A stretch of DNA of 64,000 bases from Verrucomicrobiota bacterium. GTDB taxonomy: Bacteria > Verrucomicrobiota > Verrucomicrobiia > Limisphaerales > CANJXF01. The DNA lies in the NCBI GenBank assembly GCA_038214755.1, contig JBBQRQ010000013.1:1-64000 (forward strand). The letters run 5' to 3'. The notes under the pieces are model-generated. The model did no database searches, was not told the DNA's origin, and saw only the letters and a program-made list of their open reading frames with translations. Each line of letters begins with the position of its first letter. The stretch's first letter is position 1. The position numbers and the translations under genes were made by a program. Of the stretch, positions 58,234 to 64,000 are shown piece by piece.

Positions 58234-59334
58234 ATGGCAAAAATCGACGCGTTTTTTAATTTGATGTTCGAGCAAAAGGCTTCCGACCTTCATCTCTCGA
58301 CCGGCAACCCGCCCATCCTGCGCATCAACGGTGAGATGCAGCGGGTGGACTATCCGCCGCTGGAAGCCGACCCGCTCAAGAGCATGCTCTATGAGATCAC
58401 GCCGGAATATAAAATCAAAATTTTCGAGGAAACCGGCGATGTCGATTTTGGCTACGAGATTCCAAATGTGTCCCGTTTTCGCGCCAACTACTTCAATCAA
58501 AAGTACGGCATGTCGGCCGTCTTCCGCCAAATCCCGTCGAAAGTTTTGTCCTTCGAAGATTTTGAAAAGTTCGACGCGCCGTTGCCGTCCGTGTTGAAGA
58601 AGTTCTGCATGTTGCACAAAGGTTTGGTCGTTGTCACCGGCCCGACTGGTTCGGGCAAATCGACCACGCTGGCGGCCATGGTCGATTACTGCAATCGGAA
58701 CCGCCGAGATCACATCATCACCGTCGAAGACCCGATTGAGTTCGTGCACGAAAGCAAAAATTGTCTGGTGCATCATCGCGAAGTTGGGATTCACACCAAA
58801 TCTTTTGCGGCGGCGTTGCGTGGGGCGTTGCGCGAAGACCCGGACATTATTCTGGTGGGCGAATTGCGCGATTTGGAGACGATTGAACTGGCGCTGGTGG
58901 CGGCCAGCACGGGGCATTTGGTGTTTGGAACGCTGCACACACCGAGCGCCTCCAAGACGGTTGACCGCATCATCGACGTGTTTCCAGCCGAGCAGCAAAA
59001 TAAAATCCGCGCGACGTTGTCGGAGGCGTTGAAAGGCGTTGTCGCGCAAAACTTGTTCAAGCGAATTGATAAAAAAGGGCGGGTGGCCGCGCTGGAAATT
59101 CTGGTTTTCACCACCGCCGTGGCCAATCTCGTGCGGGAAGGGAAGACGCACCAGATACCCGGCATGATTCAGGTGGGCAAAAAATGGGGAAACACGCCGC
59201 TGGACGACTCGATTATGGATCACTTAAAAATGAAACGGATTTCCGCCGAGGAAGCCTACGACAAAGGAATTGACAAAAAGAAGTTCCGTCCTTTCATGGC
59301 GCATCCGCCAGAGGACGACGATAACAACGGTTAA
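58234..59334 (+). CDS. pilT: Type IV pilus retraction ATPase PilT
   Basis: ASDLHL, GPTGSGKSTT, TVEDPIE, ALREDPD..LVGE.RD, TGHLVFGTLHT. Confidence 0.92.
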   Translation: MAKIDAFFNLMFEQKASDLHLSTGNPPILRINGEMQRVDYPPLEADPLKSMLYEITPEYKIKIFEETGDVDFGYEIPNVSRFRANYFNQKYGMSAVFRQIPSKVLSFEDFEKFDAPLPSVLKKFCMLHKGLVVVTGPTGSGKSTTLAAMVDYCNRNRRDHIITVEDPIEFVHESKNCLVHHREVGIHTKSFAAALRGALREDPDIILVGELRDLETIELALVAASTGHLVFGTLHTPSASKTVDRIIDVFPAEQQNKIRATLSEALKGVVAQNLFKRIDKKGRVAALEILVFTTAVANLVREGKTHQIPGMIQVGKKWGNTPLDDSIMDHLKMKRISAEEAYDKGIDKKKFRPFMAHPPEDDDNNG

Positions 59335-59361
59335 TTTTTAATCAGCTAACCTTAATCTCCC

Positions 59362-60597
59362 ATGCGCCGCGTTGAACTCGATCAAATCCTGACCATGATG
59401 TTGGACTCCACTCCGATGCTAAATCCATCGGTCGTGCTCGACAGCAAAAAGGATGTTTCCGATTTAAATTTCACGGTCAACAAACCGCTGCAAGTCGAGT
59501 ACTCCGGCCAACTGATTTCGGTGGCGACCGATCCGCTGATCAGCCAGTTGACTCCGTACCAGACGGAGTTGATCGCGCTCAACCTGATTGGAGGCAGCCC
59601 GCGTTTGACCGAGAATTTGCTGCGCTCAGGTTCTTCCGATTCTTCGTATTCGTTGAGCGACGTGGCTCGTTTTCGCGTGAACATTTTTTCGCAGCGCGGA
59701 AATTTTTCCATCGTGATGCGAAAATTGAACACGGAAATTCCCACGCTCAAAGAATTAAGAATGCCGCCTATTTTCGGCCAGGTGGCGAAAGAGCAAACCG
59801 GTTTGGTTCTGGTCACGGGCGCGACTGGCTCGGGCAAATCCACCACACTGGCCGCCTTGCTCAACGAAATTAATGAATCAAAGTCCGTCCACATTATTAC
59901 GTTGGAAGACCCGGTTGAGTTCGTGCATCCGCAAAGAAAATCCACCTTCAATCAGCGCGAAATGGGATCGGACTTCAACACATTTGCCAATGGCCTGCGC
60001 GCCGCCTTGCGCCAGGCGCCCAAAGTGATTCTGGTCGGTGAGATGCGGGACCGCGAAACCGTCGAGATCGGTTTGAGCGCGGCGGAAACCGGGCATCTGG
60101 TGGTGAGCACGCTCCACACCATTGACGCGGGCCAAACGATCAACCGTATTCTCGGAATGTTTGAGCAGGACGAACAAGAGCAGATTCGTTTGCGGCTGGC
60201 GGACACTTTGCGCTGGGTCATCAGCCAGCGGCTGGCTCCGCGAGTGGGAGGGGGCCGGGAAGCGCTGCTGGAAATAATGGGGACAAATCTCCGCACCAGA
60301 GAGACGATTGCTCAGGGTGAAAGCGAAGGGAAAAGTTTTTACGAAATTATCGAATCGAGTTATCCCTTTGGCTGGCGCACGTTTGATAACGCCTGTTTGG
60401 AGGCCTACGAAAATGGCGCCATCACCGAAGAAACGGCTCTTCTTTATTGCAGCAAACGCGGCCCGATGTCTCGTGGCATCGATAACATAAAAAAGACGCG
60501 CGGCGAGATAACCAGTTCTGTGAGTGACTTGCGGATGAAAACCGCCGATCGAAAAAGCGCGAACTCCGCCACTCCCTCGACCCTAAAATTCAAATAA
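59362..60597 (+). CDS. PilT/PilU-family ATPase paralog
   Basis: GATGSGKSTT, TLEDPVE, ALRQAP, AETGHLV.STLHT. Confidence 0.9.
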   Translation: MRRVELDQILTMMLDSTPMLNPSVVLDSKKDVSDLNFTVNKPLQVEYSGQLISVATDPLISQLTPYQTELIALNLIGGSPRLTENLLRSGSSDSSYSLSDVARFRVNIFSQRGNFSIVMRKLNTEIPTLKELRMPPIFGQVAKEQTGLVLVTGATGSGKSTTLAALLNEINESKSVHIITLEDPVEFVHPQRKSTFNQREMGSDFNTFANGLRAALRQAPKVILVGEMRDRETVEIGLSAAETGHLVVSTLHTIDAGQTINRILGMFEQDEQEQIRLRLADTLRWVISQRLAPRVGGGREALLEIMGTNLRTRETIAQGESEGKSFYEIIESSYPFGWRTFDNACLEAYENGAITEETALLYCSKRGPMSRGIDNIKKTRGEITSSVSDLRMKTADRKSANSATPSTLKFK

Positions 60598-60600
60598 AAT

Positions 60601-61068
60601 ATGGCCGACCGATTTGATTTCGTCAGCACCTCCGACAAGCCGGCCTTGCTCGCCATCACCACGCCAGAGTGGTTCACGGCCGCGCAGGACGCTCTGGTGG
60701 AACTCGGTTACAAAGTGCAAAAGATCTCCGATCCCTTGGAACTAGCCGGACGTTTCAGCCAGGTGCAATATCACGTCGTTATCATCGAAGAACAATTTGG
60801 CGCGACGAGCGGCGCGGAGAATTTGGCTTTGCAGGAATTGCAACGGATGCCGATGAACCAGCGGCGTCATGCGACCATCATTTTGCTCGGCCACTCCTAC
60901 GAAACTTTGAACGCGCTCCAGGCGTTCCAACAAAGCGTTCATGCGGTGATCAATTTTTCCGAAATGCCATTGCTCGCTCAACTCATCAAAAAAATCGTGA
61001 CGGACAACGAATTATTTTTGAGAAACTTCCGCGAAATCCAACTCCGCGTCGCCCACGCCAAGGATTAG
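60601..61068 (+). CDS. Hypothetical protein, possibly receiver-like fold
   Basis: Co-oriented 3 nt after the PilT paralog; alternating beta/alpha pattern. Confidence 0.65.
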   Translation: MADRFDFVSTSDKPALLAITTPEWFTAAQDALVELGYKVQKISDPLELAGRFSQVQYHVVIIEEQFGATSGAENLALQELQRMPMNQRRHATIILLGHSYETLNALQAFQQSVHAVINFSEMPLLAQLIKKIVTDNELFLRNFREIQLRVAHAKD

Positions 61069-61072
61069 GGTA

Positions 61073-61298
61073 AAAACCGAAACCCGAAATCCGCAGGCCG
61101 AAAGAAATCCGAAGCCCGAAATTTTCACTTGGGACTGCGGGGGCATGTTTCCGCTTTGACTGCACGGTGGGAAAGAGCAGGCGTTAATCCAGAGTTTGTT
61201 ACCTCAGAGAGGCGCGCAGGAAAAGCGGCGTCATGCCGCCGCACTCCAAAAAAGTATCGCCATTCGGATTTCGGACTTCTGGATTAATATTCGGTTTC
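61073..61298. repeat. (CCGAAAT)-type inverted heptamer element with a REP doublet nested at 61130-61248
   Basis: Outer arms match 62942-63102; inner matches the 51172-51292 region in reverse. Confidence 0.85.
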
Positions 61299-61324
61299 AA
61301 TAGTTTTTGTGGCAACTTGCAGCT

Positions 61325-62068
61325 ATGCCACGACTCGACCAGGCACTCGTTGAACGCGGTCTTTGCCCCAGTCGCGAAAAAGCCAAACGCGCCATCATCG
61401 CCGGACAAGTCCGCATTAACGAACAACTGGCTCACAAACCCAGTGACTCGGTTCACCCCGAGGACCAGATCACTCTGGTTGCTCCCGAAAAATTCGTCAG
61501 CCGGGGAGGTCACAAACTCGAGCACGGACTGGCGCATTTTCAAATCGACGTGGTCGGAAAAATGGCCATCGACCTCGGCGCTTCCACTGGCGGTTTCACC
61601 GATTGTTTGCTGCAACGTGGCGCGGCCAAAGTTTTCGCCGTCGATGTCGGCCAGGGTCAACTCGCCTGGAAATTGCGACAGGACCCGCGCGTTGTCGTTC
61701 TGGAAAAAATCAACGCGCGCACGTTGACGGCGACTCAGTTGTCCCAGCCATTTTTTCCAGCGGATATTGTGGTAATCGATTGTTCCTTCATTTCGTTGCG
61801 CCTGATTCTTCCCACGGCGATTGCATTGCTCGCCCCATTCGGTAAAATTCTCGCGCTGGTGAAACCGCAATTTGAAGCCGGAAAAATGGAAGCGGATAAA
61901 GGCGCGGGCGTGATTACCGATCCGGAGGTTCACGAGCGAGTCATTGAGGAACTGGAAAACTTCGTCAGCAAAAAAACTTCGTTGCAATGGCGTGGCCAAA
62001 TCGAATCTCCTTTGCTTGGCCCCGCTGGCAACAAGGAATTTTTAATCCTGCTTGAAAAAACCGTTTAA
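61325..62068 (+). CDS. tlyA: TlyA-family RNA methyltransferase
   Basis: RLD S4 domain, VSRGG.KL, DLGASTGGFTDCLLQ, SFISL, KPQFE, GN.EF. Confidence 0.93.
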   Translation: MPRLDQALVERGLCPSREKAKRAIIAGQVRINEQLAHKPSDSVHPEDQITLVAPEKFVSRGGHKLEHGLAHFQIDVVGKMAIDLGASTGGFTDCLLQRGAAKVFAVDVGQGQLAWKLRQDPRVVVLEKINARTLTATQLSQPFFPADIVVIDCSFISLRLILPTAIALLAPFGKILALVKPQFEAGKMEADKGAGVITDPEVHERVIEELENFVSKKTSLQWRGQIESPLLGPAGNKEFLILLEKTV

Positions 62069-62936
62069 AAAAATCGACCGCGTCGGTTTGATCGCTAATT
62101 CCGAAAAACCCGCCAGCCGAAGTCTTACGCAAAAGGCATCAGAGTGGGTGGCACGAACGGGCCGCACGGTTTGCTGCGATATTCTCACCGAACAGATGGC
62201 GAATTTAAAAATCGATGGCTATCCCGATGCGGCGAGTCTCGCTCGCGAAGTTGATTTGCTTCTCGTGTTTGGTGGAGACGGTTCGATGCTGCGAGTGGTG
62301 CGCGAAATCGACGGAGCACTCACGCCCATCCTCGGCATCAACGTGGGTCGGCTTGGTTTTTTGACCGCTGTTTCCTCGAACGATTTGCCGGCCGCGCTGG
62401 AAAAAGTGTGGCGGAATGATTTCAAAATCGAATCACGTCCTTTGCTCGAAGCGCGCGGAGAGAGCAGTGGGGAAAAAATTCATTTGCGCGCGTTGAATGA
62501 CATCGTCATCAGTCGCGGCGCTGCTCCGCGCATGATCGAGTTGGAAGTCAGCGTCAACGGCGAGGTGCTGACCTGTTATCGCTGCGATGGATTGATCATC
62601 AGTTCGCCCACCGGCTCGACCGCGTATTCGCTTTCGGCGGGCGGGGCCATCGTCAGCCCGGAGGCGCAAGTTTTCGCCATCACACCCATTTGTCCTCACA
62701 CGCTGTCCAACCGTTCGGTCATTGTGGGATCGAATTCCACCGTGCAGGTCAAAGTGATCAGCGAAAAAGTTGAAACGACCGCCACGGCGGATGGCCAGAC
62801 GCAAGTGGATTTGCTGGCCGGCGACAGGATCACGATTCGTCGCAGCCGTCGCGCGGCGCAATTGCTGCATCCGGGCGGGAGTTCATTCTTTGACACGCTG
62901 CGCCGGAAATTGCACTGGAGCGGTTCGAACGTTTAG
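62052..62936 (+). CDS. nadK: NAD(+) kinase
   Basis: GGDG, G.LGFL, ALND, DGLIISSPTGSTAYSLSAGG, ICPH. Confidence 0.95.
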   Translation: MKKPFKKIDRVGLIANSEKPASRSLTQKASEWVARTGRTVCCDILTEQMANLKIDGYPDAASLAREVDLLLVFGGDGSMLRVVREIDGALTPILGINVGRLGFLTAVSSNDLPAALEKVWRNDFKIESRPLLEARGESSGEKIHLRALNDIVISRGAAPRMIELEVSVNGEVLTCYRCDGLIISSPTGSTAYSLSAGGAIVSPEAQVFAITPICPHTLSNRSVIVGSNSTVQVKVISEKVETTATADGQTQVDLLAGDRITIRRSRRAAQLLHPGGSSFFDTLRRKLHWSGSNV

Positions 62937-62941
62937 GCGGA

Positions 62942-63102
62942 GATCCGAATTCCGAAATCCGAGAGCCGAAAGAAATCCGAAGTCCGAAGGCGCGGCGGAA
63001 CTGTGCGCATCGCAAAGTACTTTTCCAGGTGCTGGCGGCAAGTCGTTTTCGGTATTCGGATTTCGGACTTCTTTCGGATTTCGAGGATCGGATTTCGGAT
63101 TT
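62942..63102. repeat. Inverted element CCGAAATCCGA..GCCGAAAGAAATCCGAAGTCCGAA / TTCGGATTTCGGACTTCTTTCGGATTTCG
   Basis: Clear inverted arms built from degenerate heptamers. Confidence 0.85.
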
Positions 63103-63138
63103 AATGAAAAAGCAGATTTCAAATTTCCATAGATTTTT

Positions 63139-64000
63139 ATGGTTCGTTTAAAAGATGTGGCGCTGCGGGCCGGTGTTTCGGTGATGACGATTTCCAAAGC
63201 GTTGCGCGATGCGCCGGACATTTCTCCTCGCACCAAAGCGCGCATCAAACTTCTCGCCGGGCAAATGGGTTATGTGCCGGATTCAGCCGCGCAAAATTTG
63301 CGCAATCGAACCTCAAAACTTTTCGGTCTCGTCATTCCGTCGGTGACAAACCCGATTTTTTCGCGAATGGTTTCCGCGATTGAAGAACGAACCCGCGCCC
63401 TCGGCTATGATTTAATCCTGGCACACACCTTGAACGATCCCGAACGGGAAGAAGCCAGTGTGCGCCGACTGCTTTCCCGCCGGGTGGATGGATTATTTAT
63501 TTCTCCCGTTTATCGTTTGGCTCCAACCGCGCCGATCTATGAAGAGTTGAAACGACGCGGCACACCGACCGTGGTTCTTGGACACCGCGTCCCATTTTGT
63601 TATGACTTTGCCAACGTCGAAAGTGATGACGCGGGGGGCAGTCAGGCAGCGACCGAGCACCTGCTGCAATTGGGCCATAAACGAATTGCATTTTTCAGCG
63701 GCCCGCCCGCCGCGCCCTGGGCACAAGAACGGCTCGAGGGTTATCGCCGCGCTTTGCGGGCCGCACAGATTGAAGCGGATGATCGCCTTATTTTTTCGGC
63801 CGGCTCGACCATCGACGAAGGTGAAAAAACCGCGCTCCAATTGATCAACGAATCGTTGCCCGTGACGGCGGTGCAGGCGGTGAACGACCTTGTCGCCATC
63901 GGCGCGGCCAATATTTTTCTCGATCAAAGCGTCAAAATTCCGCAGGAACTTTCGGTTGTCGGTTTCGGAAATATTTTGGCCAGCGAATATTTTCGCGTCC
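63139..64000 (+). CDS. LacI-family transcriptional regulator (runs off window end)
   Basis: Translated by hand: MVRLKDVALRAGVSVMTISKAL...MGYVPD...; later LGHKRIA and IPQELSVVGF. Confidence 0.92.
   Translation, partial: MVRLKDVALRAGVSVMTISKALRDAPDISPRTKARIKLLAGQMGYVPDSAAQNLRNRTSKLFGLVIPSVTNPIFSRMVSAIEERTRALGYDLILAHTLNDPEREEASVRRLLSRRVDGLFISPVYRLAPTAPIYEELKRRGTPTVVLGHRVPFCYDFANVESDDAGGSQAATEHLLQLGHKRIAFFSGPPAAPWAQERLEGYRRALRAAQIEADDRLIFSAGSTIDEGEKTALQLINESLPVTAVQAVNDLVAIGAANIFLDQSVKIPQELSVVGFGNILASEYFRV

Noticed and set aside
58225..59223. 332-aa antisense ORF to pilT, and similar antisense ORFs over accC, pfkB, eno and tlyA
   Set aside because: Shadow ORFs from codon bias; the sense genes carry all the family motifs

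Overview
This is a gene-dense bacterial chromosomal segment, most likely from Verrucomicrobiota (Pedosphaera/Limisphaera-like). That assignment is inferred from the DUF1549/DUF1553, DUF1080 and stand-alone SWIB proteins and the style of the secreted proteins. The backbone is housekeeping: accC, thiE, a PfkB kinase, a DEAD-box helicase, tRNA-Arg(UCG), mdh, trpC, mog/moaC, purS/Q/L, nrdR, mqnC, speA, panE, eno, pilT/pilU, tlyA, nadK and a partial LacI regulator. Small accessory islets sit between these genes: a two-gene coiled-coil module bracketed by a duplicated accC tail, a small-protein/aspartyl-protease pair, a RelE/ParE module, hicB with a frameshifted hicA, an AlbA_2/Schlafen-type ATP-binding gene inside the pur cluster, and topoisomerase IB. 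The most striking feature is a dense, multi-family population of REP/REPIN/MITE-like palindromes and 7-8-mer tandem repeats. These nest inside one another in up to three layers and sit in frame inside conserved enzymes (four sites in PurL, plus MqnC, ThiE and a MidA-type methyltransferase). I found no CRISPR array, integrase, transposase or rRNA. Product calls come from motif recognition only and no database searches were run. Start codons were adjusted by eye where the ORF track over-extends.
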